DNA of 64,000 bases from an uncultured Candidatus Saccharibacteria bacterium (GCA_964482735.1 CAYZYV010000004.1:65737-129736), one strand, 5' to 3'. Numbered from the stretch's first letter, positions 1-9,010 are shown. The notes: generated by a model not told the origin, from the letters alone. A program made the numbers and translations.

Positions 1-417
1 AATAAAGTTGCCAAAGAGCTTCTTTTAAAAGTTGCAAAAATAAAAACCGACAAGGCTAGAATTATAGCTATGTCAGGAGACTTAGGTGCAGGCAAAACTA
101 CCTTAACACAAGAAATATCAAGAGAACTAGGAATAAAAGAATCAGTTGTTTCTCCAACTTTCGTAATCATGAAGATATATAAAACTAATCCGAAAGATAA
201 TGCTTTGAAGAGTATAAAAAGGCTTGTCCACATAGATGCGTATCGTTTAGATGGATCAAAAGAATTAGAAAAGATAGGTTGGAAAAAGTTTTCTGAAGAT
301 AAAGAAAACCTAATTATTGTAGAGTGGCCAGAAAACGTAAAAGATAGCTTAAACAAAAAAACTCACTACATTTTCTTAAGGCACGTAGATGAAGAAACTC
401 GAATTTTTGAGTATTAA
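1..417 (+). CDS. tsaE: tRNA threonylcarbamoyladenosine biosynthesis ATPase TsaE (YjeE family); 5' end lies upstream of the window
   Basis: Frame is open from base 1 into ORF 70..417. Walker A GDLGAGKTT and TsaE-like downstream motifs are present. Confidence 0.65.
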   Translation, partial: NKVAKELLLKVAKIKTDKARIIAMSGDLGAGKTTLTQEISRELGIKESVVSPTFVIMKIYKTNPKDNALKSIKRLVHIDAYRLDGSKELEKIGWKKFSEDKENLIIVEWPENVKDSLNKKTHYIFLRHVDEETRIFEY

Positions 418-462
418 AATATGGAATTTGGGAAAATTCTGTTTATGATATAATTATCATAT

Positions 463-2877
463 ATGCCTAAAGTTAGCCCCAAAAAAGATAAGAAAAAGAT
501 AGTTTTACTTGATTCTCATGCAATAATTCATCGAGCTTATCATGCGTTGCCAGATTTCAATAATTCACAGGGGGAGCCAACAGGTGCAATCTATGGTTTG
601 GCTACGATGCTATTTAAAATAATTACAGAGTTAAAACCTAACTATGTAATTGCCTGTTTTGATTTACCCAAAAAAACTTTTCGACACGAAGCATATGATA
701 ACTACAAAGCTGGTCGTGCAAAAGCAGATGATGCTTTGGTTCATCAACTTTCTCGAGCTAGAGATCTGTTCAAAGCACTTTCTATTCCTATGTACGAGCA
801 AGAAGGTTTTGAAGCCGATGACCTTTTAGGGACAATTACTGAGCAACTAAAAAATAAAAAAGAAGAGTATGAAATAATTATAGCGTCTGGGGATATGGAT
901 ACTCTTCAGCTAGTCAAAAAAGATTTTGTTTACGTTTATACTTTAAAAAAGGGGATAAACGATACTATCCTTTATGATGAATCCAAGGTTGTTGATAGAT
1001 TTAATTTTCCACCTTCCAGCTTGCCGGATTACAAAGGATTAAGAGGTGACCCATCTGACAACATTATTGGTATAAAAGGTATCGGAGAAAAAACAGCTAT
1101 AACTTTAGTATCTAAATATCTGACGATTGAGAATCTTTATAAGAATATTAAAAAAAACGAATCTTCTCTTAAGGAGATAGGTATAACAGAAAGGATTCTA
1201 AATCTCTTAAAAGAAGGTGAAGACGAGGCTGTCTTTTCAAAAACTCTGGCCACTATTAGATTGGATGCACCTATTAAATTTGATGTTCCAAAAGAAGATT
1301 GGATTAAAGAAGTTGATAAAGAAAAAGTTGCGAATCTTTTTAGAGAATTAGAATTTAGAAGCCTGCAGAGTAGATTCCTAAAACTTTTTGACGGAGACGA
1401 TTCAAAAAAAGAAGACAAAAAAGAGGTGGCGGGTAGCAAAGATGAAATAGAAAAAGCAAAAATTGCTTTTTGGCTTTTAAATTCAGAAAGAACAAATCCC
1501 GACATTGATGAAATAGAACATTATAATGGAAGCCGTGATTTCAAAGAAGCTTTTTCTCGATTAGAAGAAGATATCAAAAAAGAAAAATTAGAGTTTGTTT
1601 ACAAAAACATAGAGGTTCCCATTATTCCAATAATTGACAAGATGGAGAAAAACGGAGTCCTGGTTGATCTCAAATACTTTACTAAAATTAGTGAAGAATA
1701 TCACAAAGATTTAAGCGAAATAGAAAATAAGATTTTTGAACTTGCTGGACAAGAATTTAACATCAACTCACCAAAACAAATAGGAGAAGTAATTTTTGGA
1801 AAACTTGGAATTTCTACTAAAGGTATCAAAAAAAGCGCAGGTGGTTCAATCTCTACAAGAGAAAGTGAACTTGAAAAATTGGCAGATACTCACCCTGTAA
1901 TTAAAGAAATTTTGAAATATCGAGAATTACAAAAATTATTATCAACCTACATAGATACGATACCTCTTTTAGTAGGGCAGGATGGACGATTGCACGCTAG
2001 TTTTGTACAGACTGGTACGACAACCGGCCGGTTTGCTTCAAATAATCCAAATCTTCAGAATATACCAACGAGATCAGAGAGGGGGAGAAATATCCGTAAT
2101 GCATTTATCGCAAAGAATGGTTACTCCCTAATTTCTTTTGACTATTCACAAGTTGAATTAAGGATAGCTGCACTTTTATCACAAGATTCTTACTTTATAA
2201 AATCATTCAAAGAAGGGAAGGATATTCACCAGGCTGTAGCCATGAAGGTTTTTGGAGTAGACGAAAAAGGATTAACAAAAGAGATGAGAAGGCGAGCAAA
2301 AATAATTAATTTTGGAATTTTATACGGTATGGGTGTTAATGCTCTCAAACAAAATCTTTCAACTGAAGATCCAGAGACTGGTCAAAAAATAGAAGTTGGA
2401 AGACAAGAGGCTCAAGATTTTTATGATAATTATTTTGCTCAATTTCCAAAAATTGGATCATACCTAGAGAGCATAAAAGACTTTGCAAAAAAATATGGAT
2501 ACACGGTAACCTTATTTGGTAGAAAAAGATATTTTTCAACTATAAAATCACCAATTCCGTTTATTAGAGCAATGGCAGAAAGGATGGCAGTTAATGCTCC
2601 GATTCAGGGGACAGCAACTGCTGATATTATAAAAATTGGTATGCAAAAAGCCGAAGAAGCACTCCTAAAAAATAAACTACTAGATAAAGCGAATATAATT
2701 TTACAGGTTCACGATGAATTAATTTATGAAGTAAAGGATGAATATTGTGAGGAAGTATCCAGAGTTATAAAGAACGCTCTAGAAGATATTATTCCCTCAT
2801 CTTTTTTGGATGGTAGGGAGGATGTTCCGCTTGTGGTATCTGTCTCAATTGGCAAAAAATGGGGGGACCTAAAGTAG
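463..2877 (+). CDS. polA: DNA polymerase I (5'-3' exonuclease plus polymerase domains)
   Basis: 804 aa with an N-terminal FEN/5'-exo region. Pol A motifs RFASNNPNLQNIP, LISFDYSQVELR and QVHDELIYEV are present. Confidence 0.9.
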   Translation: MPKVSPKKDKKKIVLLDSHAIIHRAYHALPDFNNSQGEPTGAIYGLATMLFKIITELKPNYVIACFDLPKKTFRHEAYDNYKAGRAKADDALVHQLSRARDLFKALSIPMYEQEGFEADDLLGTITEQLKNKKEEYEIIIASGDMDTLQLVKKDFVYVYTLKKGINDTILYDESKVVDRFNFPPSSLPDYKGLRGDPSDNIIGIKGIGEKTAITLVSKYLTIENLYKNIKKNESSLKEIGITERILNLLKEGEDEAVFSKTLATIRLDAPIKFDVPKEDWIKEVDKEKVANLFRELEFRSLQSRFLKLFDGDDSKKEDKKEVAGSKDEIEKAKIAFWLLNSERTNPDIDEIEHYNGSRDFKEAFSRLEEDIKKEKLEFVYKNIEVPIIPIIDKMEKNGVLVDLKYFTKISEEYHKDLSEIENKIFELAGQEFNINSPKQIGEVIFGKLGISTKGIKKSAGGSISTRESELEKLADTHPVIKEILKYRELQKLLSTYIDTIPLLVGQDGRLHASFVQTGTTTGRFASNNPNLQNIPTRSERGRNIRNAFIAKNGYSLISFDYSQVELRIAALLSQDSYFIKSFKEGKDIHQAVAMKVFGVDEKGLTKEMRRRAKIINFGILYGMGVNALKQNLSTEDPETGQKIEVGRQEAQDFYDNYFAQFPKIGSYLESIKDFAKKYGYTVTLFGRKRYFSTIKSPIPFIRAMAERMAVNAPIQGTATADIIKIGMQKAEEALLKNKLLDKANIILQVHDELIYEVKDEYCEEVSRVIKNALEDIIPSSFLDGREDVPLVVSVSIGKKWGDLK

Positions 2878-2895
2878 TGGTATTTTTTTCACAAG

Positions 2896-3411
2896 GTGGT
2901 ATCATTTATTGTAGTTATGGAAAAGACGTTAAAAGAAAAAACTGAAAATAGCACAAGTAGTAAAGAGGTTGTTCACACAATGCTTATATATGTGTATGTG
3001 ATTTTCTTTATTTCGATAGTTTTAGGAGTTTTGTTCGATTTAATTTTTAAACTAAATCTTTTGGCTGATTTTGAGTACTCACATTTTGGTTTTATTTTGA
3101 TCATATTTGGAACCCTTTTAATTTTCTTGGCTCAACAGGCATCTTCTAGGGCCAGTAAAATATCAAAGGAAAAAGAAAGCCTTGAAGGATTTATGTATGG
3201 ACCATACAAACACTTCAGACATCCAACTTATCTAGGAGTATTCTTTATGGTTTTAGGTTTTGGAATTGCAATAAAATCTATCTTCTCTATTTTGTTCATA
3301 ATGATCACTTATCTTATTGTGAAGCTAACTTTTGTAAGAAGAGAAGAAAATATTCTAGAGAAAAAATACGGAAAAATTTATTTAGACTATAAAAATAGGG
3401 TTAGGATGTAA
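2896..3411 (+). CDS. Isoprenylcysteine carboxyl methyltransferase / phospholipid methyltransferase family membrane protein
   Basis: Multi-TM protein with the C-terminal FRHPTYLGVFFMVLGFGI motif typical of ICMT/PEMT enzymes. Confidence 0.55.
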   Translation: MVSFIVVMEKTLKEKTENSTSSKEVVHTMLIYVYVIFFISIVLGVLFDLIFKLNLLADFEYSHFGFILIIFGTLLIFLAQQASSRASKISKEKESLEGFMYGPYKHFRHPTYLGVFFMVLGFGIAIKSIFSILFIMITYLIVKLTFVRREENILEKKYGKIYLDYKNRVRM

Positions 3412-3412
3412 T

Positions 3413-4066
3413 ATGATTTACCTTGTTTATGGTAATGATAATAAAAAAAAGAATGCCTTTGTCAAAAAAGTGTCAAAGGTTTTTTCTGTGGTTATCTTAG
3501 AGTCAGAAGATCTTGATAAAGAAAGCATTCTTTCCTATACATCAGCAAACAGTCTATTTGGTGAAAAAACCGCTGTAATTATAGAGGGGCTAACTAAAAC
3601 TAATATAGAATTTAAAAACAATGAATTAGACATGCTTTCTAAGTCTAGCAATGCTTTTATTTTAATTGAAGACAAACTCTTAGCGCCAGAAGTTAGTAAG
3701 TTTAAAAAGTTTGCAACCATAGAAGTATTCAACGAAGAGAAAGCCACCAGTAAGAGTGATTCAAAAGAAAATTTTGCAATAGCAGAAAGTTTTGGTTCCA
3801 GAAATAAATTTAAGACATGGTTGATATACAAAGACCTAATTTCAAAAAATACTACACCAGAAGAAATCAGCGGAATACTCTTTTGGAAAATAAAAATGTT
3901 AATGACTTATCAAAATAAAAATTTTACAAAAGAAGAACTAAAAAAGATTTCAAGCAACCTCGTTTCTTTATATCATGACGCCCATCTAGGGAAGAGGGAC
4001 TTTTCTATTGGTTTAGAGCAGTTTATACTATCGTCTCTTAATAAAAACCAAAAAGAAAAGGCCTAG
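3413..4066 (+). CDS. holA: Putative DNA polymerase III delta subunit (HolA-like)
   Basis: 217 aa with an N-terminal (M)IYLVYGND start typical of delta subunits, directly after polA. Weak similarity only. Confidence 0.4.
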   Translation: MIYLVYGNDNKKKNAFVKKVSKVFSVVILESEDLDKESILSYTSANSLFGEKTAVIIEGLTKTNIEFKNNELDMLSKSSNAFILIEDKLLAPEVSKFKKFATIEVFNEEKATSKSDSKENFAIAESFGSRNKFKTWLIYKDLISKNTTPEEISGILFWKIKMLMTYQNKNFTKEELKKISSNLVSLYHDAHLGKRDFSIGLEQFILSSLNKNQKEKA

Positions 4067-4388
4067 GAGTCAGCCCTCAATTCTTTGAGAAATGGCTCCT
4101 AAGCCTTTGCTTAATTTTTTAATGAAAGAACATGTCCTTAATCGGACAAAATATATAATGTACTGTTTGTTTGTGTTTAAATCTTCTCGATTTGTTTTTT
4201 GTGAACCCTATTATCGTCGGGTGAACGTTCTTGAAGATTTTTATTACAAATTACTCTTAAATATATTATAACATTATTAATATTTTAGTGCAACTAAATT
4301 ATTGGGACAAAAAGAATATATGCCCAAAGTTGTTGATTTTTGTTGCAGATTATGGTAATTTATAAGGGTTAATTCGTTAACAGAAAAC

Positions 4389-4402
4389 ATCCGCCCGTAG
4401 CT
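4389..4402 (+). repeat. 14-nt direct duplicate of the tRNA-Lys 5' end (atccgcccgtagct), 61 nt upstream of the real copy
   Basis: Identical 14-mer at 4389..4402 and 4464..4477; the second copy spans the tRNA start. Confidence 0.6.
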
Positions 4403-4465
4403 GTTTTGGTAGGTCTAAAGCTTCTACTGGTCACAGTGTTAGTTTTTGAAATAATGTTTATATAT

Positions 4466-4538
4466 CCGCCCGTAGCTCAGATGGTAGAGCAGCTCCCTTT
4501 TAAGGAGATGGTCGTAGGTTCGATTCCTACCGGGCGGA
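4466..4538 (+). tRNA. tRNA-Lys (anticodon TTT)
   Basis: Cloverleaf: acceptor CCGCCCG/CGGGCGG, D-arm GCTC-AGATGGTA-GAGC, anticodon loop CTTTTAA, T-arm GTAGG-TTCGATT-CCTAC, discriminator A. CCA is not encoded. Confidence 0.85.
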
Positions 4539-4544
4539 CTACAT

Positions 4545-4573
4545 AAAAAAACACCTTTAGTGGGTGTTTTTTT
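4545..4573. terminator. Rho-independent terminator hairpin (bidirectional)
   Basis: aaaaaaacacc-tttagt-gggtgttttttt: stem ACACC/GGTGT with flanking A and T runs. Confidence 0.6.
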
Positions 4574-4576
4574 ATG

Positions 4577-4738
4577 TGGTCCGCCCGAGCAAGCAAACTG
4601 TTTTGCTTGCGTGTAGGAATCGAACGGCGGAGTCATATTTTTTCACCAGAGAAAATAGACGAGCGGGTGACCAGACAAAACTTTTTGACGAAAAAGTTTT
4701 AGTCGAGGTCGATAAGCGTACTCGCGGTCCTACCGGGC
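4577..4738 (-). ncRNA. Candidate structured small RNA, copy A (paralog of 13083..13230); tRNA-like 3' end with encoded ACCA
   Basis: A 68-nt core (4667..4734) is about 95 percent identical to 13083..13150 in inverted orientation. The 5' GGTAGGA can pair with the 3' TCCTAC next to a GTTCGATTCC T-loop-like motif. The 3' tail is hairpin + CGGGCGG + ACCA. The locus sits between terminators. Confidence 0.35.
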
Positions 4739-4828
4739 TATTATCTCAAAAAACAGTGATCTTTAGGATAATTCTAGTTTGAGCAAGCAAATTTAAAAAA
4801 GGATAAATATAAATTATATTTATCCTTT

Positions 4829-5275
4829 TTACCACACAACACGTCCTGAAGCTTTCCCTTTGCTTCTTGTCTCAATTTCTTTCACTGTCTGAAGCCCAAG
4901 AGGAATAAGTTTAAACCCATTTAAACCCCTTGTCTTTTTATTATCGAAATCAATTATTGAATAATCGGTTCCTTTATATTTAAAAACATAACAGTTTACA
5001 GAGTCTGAGACGTTATCCTTAAAGGCATCAGCGACAATATTGGACACTTTTTTAACATGAGAGCTTTCTTCCCCATATATAACTATGGAATAGTAGCCCT
5101 TATCTCCTTCAATCCAGAATCTTATAGTGGATAATTTTTCTTTCTTGAAAGAAATTTTTCCTGCTATAAACACATCCTTGTTTGAGGGATCTACTTTGTC
5201 TCTTTTTCCCCAGGGAGAGAACCCTGTTAATATTAATTCTCCAAGAATCAACATTAAAAAAATTTTTTTACTCAC
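4829..5275 (-). CDS. Hypothetical secreted protein (N-terminal signal peptide)
   Basis: 148-aa ORF with a hydrophobic N-terminus, and a terminator hairpin at 4797..4832. Confidence 0.45.
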   Translation of the reverse strand: MSKKIFLMLILGELILTGFSPWGKRDKVDPSNKDVFIAGKISFKKEKLSTIRFWIEGDKGYYSIVIYGEESSHVKKVSNIVADAFKDNVSDSVNCYVFKYKGTDYSIIDFDNKKTRGLNGFKLIPLGLQTVKEIETRSKGKASGRVVW

Positions 5276-5367
5276 ACCTTTTCTTTTTTAAAAGTATAAT
5301 CATTTTTAGATGTGTTGTCAAAATTGTCTTTATTTATAAGCATTATTATGTGTGGTATAATCTAAAA

Positions 5368-5865
5368 ATGACAAAACTAATTATATTAATAGTGGTTATA
5401 CTTGTAGGGTACTGGTTAGTAACTAAGTATTTGAATAAAAACAAGTTAGAGGTTAAAAAAGAATTACCATACGAAAAGAAACCATATCTTTTTGATGCAA
5501 ATTCTGAGTTTAGTTTATACAAAGTATTAGTCGAATTATACGGTGATAAGTATTATATATTTCCTCAAATAAATTATAGCCACCTTATACAACTCAAAAA
5601 ATCTAATTTTGAAGAAGAAAGGAGATATAGAAGTAAGATAGACAGAAAATCCGCTGATTTTGTATTTTGCGACAAAGACAAAATAATTCCACAACTAATA
5701 ATTGAACTAGATGGTTATGTCCATAATTTCAAAAGCAAACAAGCGAGAGACCAATTCATAGATGAAATAACTGGAATAGCAGATTTACCAATATTACACC
5801 TAAAAGCAAGTAACCTAGATAAGGAGTTTATAAAAAAAGAAATTGATACCAAATTAATAAAATAA
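5368..5865 (+). CDS. Membrane-anchored DUF2726-like PD-(D/E)xK nuclease-fold protein
   Basis: ATG at 5368 follows a tggtataat -10 box, and the long N-terminal extension in the ORF track was rejected. An N-terminal TM helix is followed by D...ELDGY..K resembling DUF2726. Confidence 0.45.
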   Translation: MTKLIILIVVILVGYWLVTKYLNKNKLEVKKELPYEKKPYLFDANSEFSLYKVLVELYGDKYYIFPQINYSHLIQLKKSNFEEERRYRSKIDRKSADFVFCDKDKIIPQLIIELDGYVHNFKSKQARDQFIDEITGIADLPILHLKASNLDKEFIKKEIDTKLIK

Positions 5866-5951
5866 ATAAAAATTTTAAATAACTAAAGCGTCCACATTAT
5901 TAGATAAAAAATAACACCAGGCATTTTGCCTGGTGCTTACTTTATTAAATT

Positions 5952-6569
5952 TCAAGAAAATGTTTTCTTAACTTTTTCCCAAGAAGAACAAATATCATAA
6001 CCGAACCCCTCGCCTTTGTGCGCGTGGTAGGGGTCGAAAAGAACTGGGTAGATGATTGACATCTTTAGGGCGCTTTTAATTTCAGCTAAAGAATCATCAA
6101 GAAATCCTATGTTAGTCCCTTCTTGTCTCTTCATAAAAGATGTTTTGGAATCTTCCACGAAATGATTGTTTCCCCATTTCCAGACACAATGAATATCTTG
6201 GAAACACTCAAGAACGTTATTGAATTTTAATATATTCTTAAGATTCTCTTTTTCTTCCTCTTGTCTTGAAGTTACAATATACAAGTTGTATATTTCAGAC
6301 AATCTTTCTATCGCATCTTTTGCGCCTGGATAAAAGATAAAATCTTTTATCCCAAAATTGGGAAAAAAGTTTTTACCGAAGTCTAAGTAGACTTCGTTGT
6401 ATCCAACAGTAACCCCCTTATCTAAAATGGTTTTGTTGAAACCATTATTGTCTGTGAGGTCTTTTGTTTCAACGGGAACATTGTATTTATTGCTCAGGTA
6501 CTGAGCAACTAAATGTTTTGTGGGAACAATCGTGTCGTCAAAATCCACGAAGAAAGAATACCTTTTCAT
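5952..6569 (-). CDS. HAD-superfamily hydrolase (5'(3')-deoxyribonucleotidase-like)
   Basis: N-terminal DxDxT motif FVDFDDTIV, and 205 aa in length. Confidence 0.65.
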   Translation of the reverse strand: MKRYSFFVDFDDTIVPTKHLVAQYLSNKYNVPVETKDLTDNNGFNKTILDKGVTVGYNEVYLDFGKNFFPNFGIKDFIFYPGAKDAIERLSEIYNLYIVTSRQEEEKENLKNILKFNNVLECFQDIHCVWKWGNNHFVEDSKTSFMKRQEGTNIGFLDDSLAEIKSALKMSIIYPVLFDPYHAHKGEGFGYDICSSWEKVKKTFS

Positions 6570-6671
6570 TGTTAATATTTTAAGTTTTTAACAATTTACC
6601 ACTATTGGACGGCTATGTCAACAAAATTGCAAAAAATGAATTTTTTGTGATTTTATATTATAATTAAAAAC

Positions 6672-7238
6672 ATGAAACTTAAACACACAAGGGCTTATTT
6701 TAAAGAAAATGTTTTGAAAGGAAGAATAGACCACCTTATAGAGCATCGTATTCCATGGCTCGTCCTAGGGCTTCTAGGGGGTATAATTTCAACTGTTATC
6801 ATCTCAAACTATGAAGAGATACTATCCTCAGACATTAGAATAGCGTTTTTTATCACCGTGATTGTCTATTTAAGTGACGCTGTTGGTTCTCAGACAGAAT
6901 CTGTCTACGTCAGAGCTTTAGCCGGTGGTAAAAAAATAGACATTAAAAAATATCTTTTTAGAGAGAGCTTGATTGGTTCAGGACTTGGAATCCTTTCTGG
7001 TCTTGCTATGTTTGTTTTTGTTTTGTTTTGGATGAAGTCTCTTACCATCGCCACGACAGTTGGTTTAACAATGCTCATAAATCTTTCTATTGCTCCCGTC
7101 CTTGCTATTCTTATACCTAGCTTGATAAACAAAGAAAACATGGATCCCGCACTGGGGGCAGGCCCAATCTCAACTATTATTCAAGATATGATTAGTATTC
7201 TTGTTTACTTTTTAATCGCAAGCGTTATTGTTTTTTAG
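6672..7238 (+). CDS. MgtE-family divalent cation transporter, membrane domain only
   Basis: TM protein whose C-terminal DPALGAGPISTIIQDMISILVYF matches the MgtE transmembrane signature. Confidence 0.6.
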   Translation: MKLKHTRAYFKENVLKGRIDHLIEHRIPWLVLGLLGGIISTVIISNYEEILSSDIRIAFFITVIVYLSDAVGSQTESVYVRALAGGKKIDIKKYLFRESLIGSGLGILSGLAMFVFVLFWMKSLTIATTVGLTMLINLSIAPVLAILIPSLINKENMDPALGAGPISTIIQDMISILVYFLIASVIVF

Positions 7239-7736
7239 ATGGAAAAAATATTAAATTCAAAAAAAATAAAAGAATCAGTTTTGGTTCTGCTTGATATTCG
7301 TTCAGCCATAAACGTTGGAGCTATTTTTCGTACCGCAGATGCGGTTGGAATAAATAAAATCTTTCTAGTCGGTGTTACACCTCGACCAACAGACCAATTT
7401 GGGAGAATTCAAAAAGATATTGCGAAAAGTGCTCTCGGAGCAGAAAATTTTGTTAGCTGGGAATACGAAAAAGACGCTGTCTCACTTATAAAAAAGTTAA
7501 GAAAAAATAATTACGAAATTGTTGCGCTAGAACAAGATAAAAATTCTGTTGATTATCGTAATGTTAAGGTTGCACCTAAAATGGCCTTCCTTTTAGGGCA
7601 AGAGGTGAGTGGAATAGATAAGGATATATTAAAGAGATGCAACCAAATAGCAGAGATTCCGATGTCTGGCAAAAAAGAATCTTTAAATGTTTCTGTGGCT
7701 TGTGGAGTTTTTCTTTTCAGGGTATTCCAACAGTAA
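7239..7736 (+). CDS. SpoU/TrmH-family RNA 2'-O-methyltransferase
   Basis: 165 aa with SPOUT motifs AIFRTADAVG and the EIPMSG...SLNVSVA knot region. Confidence 0.75.
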   Translation: MEKILNSKKIKESVLVLLDIRSAINVGAIFRTADAVGINKIFLVGVTPRPTDQFGRIQKDIAKSALGAENFVSWEYEKDAVSLIKKLRKNNYEIVALEQDKNSVDYRNVKVAPKMAFLLGQEVSGIDKDILKRCNQIAEIPMSGKKESLNVSVACGVFLFRVFQQ

Positions 7737-7907
7737 TTATTGGTTTTCACTGATAGGAATAAATAGTCTTTTGTCTATAACTTCTTCCTGTCCTCCTCCC
7801 AACAAAATCCAAACAGCAAACAAGATAACCAAAAAGATTAAAATCTGAGCCCCAAAACTTAGTTCTCCTCTTTGGTCTTTTATTATTTTTTTATAAAGGT
7901 TTTTCAT
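7737..7907 (-). CDS. Possible small membrane protein translationally coupled to fpg (TAAATG junction)
   Basis: 56-codon ORF (MKNLYKKIIKDQRGELSFGAQILIFLVILFAVWILLGGGQEE...) that starts immediately after the fpg stop codon. It is below the ORF-track size cutoff. Confidence 0.25.
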   Translation of the reverse strand: MKNLYKKIIKDQRGELSFGAQILIFLVILFAVWILLGGGQEEVIDKRLFIPISENQ

Positions 7908-8843
7908 TTAGTTAAATAGTTTTTGGTGCTTATTACAAAAGTGAGCACTTCGACCATTAACGACCTTTCTTATTATACCACCATCGCAGTCTTTTTTCTT
8001 GCAAGTTGTTTTGTTGAGACGGTAGACATTGTGATGATGTTGAAAGCCACCTCTTTCTCCGTCGATATTCCGATAATCTGACATAGAATCACCGCCAAAA
8101 TTAATTCCTTTCTTAAGCACGATCTTCATGTTTTTATAAAGAAGCCCAAGTTCCTTATTCGGAATTTTAGAAACAATAGATTCTGGGTGAATACCTGATA
8201 GCCAAAGCATTTCATCTGAATATATATTTCCAATACCAACAATAACTGATTGATCCATCAGAACGGTTTTAATTTTGCCTCTTGGCTTGAGATTGAGCCT
8301 GTCTTTGAAAAGTCCAAGGTCTGTTTTTTCTTCTAGAGGTTCTGGACCAATGTTTTTTAAGTGAATAGTATTCCCCATATTTTTAGTTTCAAAAAAAGTA
8401 ATTTTACCAAATTTTCTAGAATCACAGAATGCAAGATATTTACCGTTTGATAGGCAAAAAACAAAATGAATAAATCTGTTGTAAGGATCTATAAGAGGGG
8501 ATTTAGAATCTTTTGGTTCCCAAACAATCTTCCTCCCAACAATCTTTTTAATATATTTTCCATATAGTAAATGCCCGGTCATTTTTAAATGAATAAGAAT
8601 AGTATATCCACCCGAAACATTTATTAAAATGTTTTTTGCCCTTCTCTCTACCGATAAAACCTTCTTCCCGACAATCTTCTTCCTGAATTCTTTAAAAAAA
8701 TTCTCGTCTTTAATGGTGCCTTGAAAATGTTTAATTGGCTGGTTTTTCTTAGCTAGATCAGTCCAGACATCAGTAAAACGAAGCTCAAGTAAGACTTTCT
8801 TCAATCCATTTACTGTTGTTGTTACTTCAGGTAGCTCTGGCAT
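7908..8843 (-). CDS. fpg: Formamidopyrimidine-DNA glycosylase (Fpg/MutM)
   Basis: The true start is MPELPEV at 8843 (catalytic Pro2, Glu3). A C-terminal CxxC...CxxC zinc finger is present. The ORF-track N-terminal extension was rejected. Confidence 0.85.
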   Translation of the reverse strand: MPELPEVTTTVNGLKKVLLELRFTDVWTDLAKKNQPIKHFQGTIKDENFFKEFRKKIVGKKVLSVERRAKNILINVSGGYTILIHLKMTGHLLYGKYIKKIVGRKIVWEPKDSKSPLIDPYNRFIHFVFCLSNGKYLAFCDSRKFGKITFFETKNMGNTIHLKNIGPEPLEEKTDLGLFKDRLNLKPRGKIKTVLMDQSVIVGIGNIYSDEMLWLSGIHPESIVSKIPNKELGLLYKNMKIVLKKGINFGGDSMSDYRNIDGERGGFQHHHNVYRLNKTTCKKKDCDGGIIRKVVNGRSAHFCNKHQKLFN

Positions 8844-8844
8844 G

Positions 8845-8940
8845 TATATAATATAAATATAGGTTATTAAAATTAAAAATAGCACTTCGCGTCCCGTAGT
8901 AAATTTTAAATGCATTCGATTTAAAATTTTACCTCTGGGG
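8845..8940 (+). mobile_element. 96-nt hairpin insertion element flanked by 29-bp direct duplication of the fpg 5' terminus
   Basis: ttgttgttacttcaggtagctctggcatg occurs identically at 8816..8844 and 8941..8969. The core agcacttcgcgtcccgtagtaaa...ctctgggg is about 80 percent identical to 57025..57117. Confidence 0.55.
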
Positions 8941-9010
8941 TTGTTGTTACTTCAGGTAGCTCTGGCATGGCTGATTTTTAAGGAACGAAGTGACTATAAA
9001 AATCGCCAAA

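Noticed and set aside
1137-1505. Antisense ORFs nested inside polA, nrdJ, recJ, fusA, RT and other large genes (for example 1137..1505, 38646..38945, 45060..45365, 54901..55167)
   Set aside because: They lie wholly inside strongly supported genes on the opposite strand, have low-complexity composition and no motifs. They are typical AT-rich spurious frames.
4577-4745. tmRNA (ssrA) identity for the paralogous structured RNAs
   Set aside because: There is no 5' acceptor strand complementary to the 3' end, no resume codon with a tag ORF ending in a hydrophobic-AA stop, and the length of about 150 nt is far too short. The T-loop-like motif alone is insufficient.
5182-5865. Long 227-aa ORF as annotated by the ORF track
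   Set aside because: The first 62 codons overlap the divergent upstream gene and promoter. The internal ATG at 5368 follows a tggtataat -10 box and begins the hydrophobic N-terminus of the DUF2726-like protein.
7908-8915. N-terminal 24-aa extension of Fpg
   Set aside because: Fpg requires Pro at position 2 after Met removal. MPELPEV begins at 8843. The extension runs into the inserted hairpin element.
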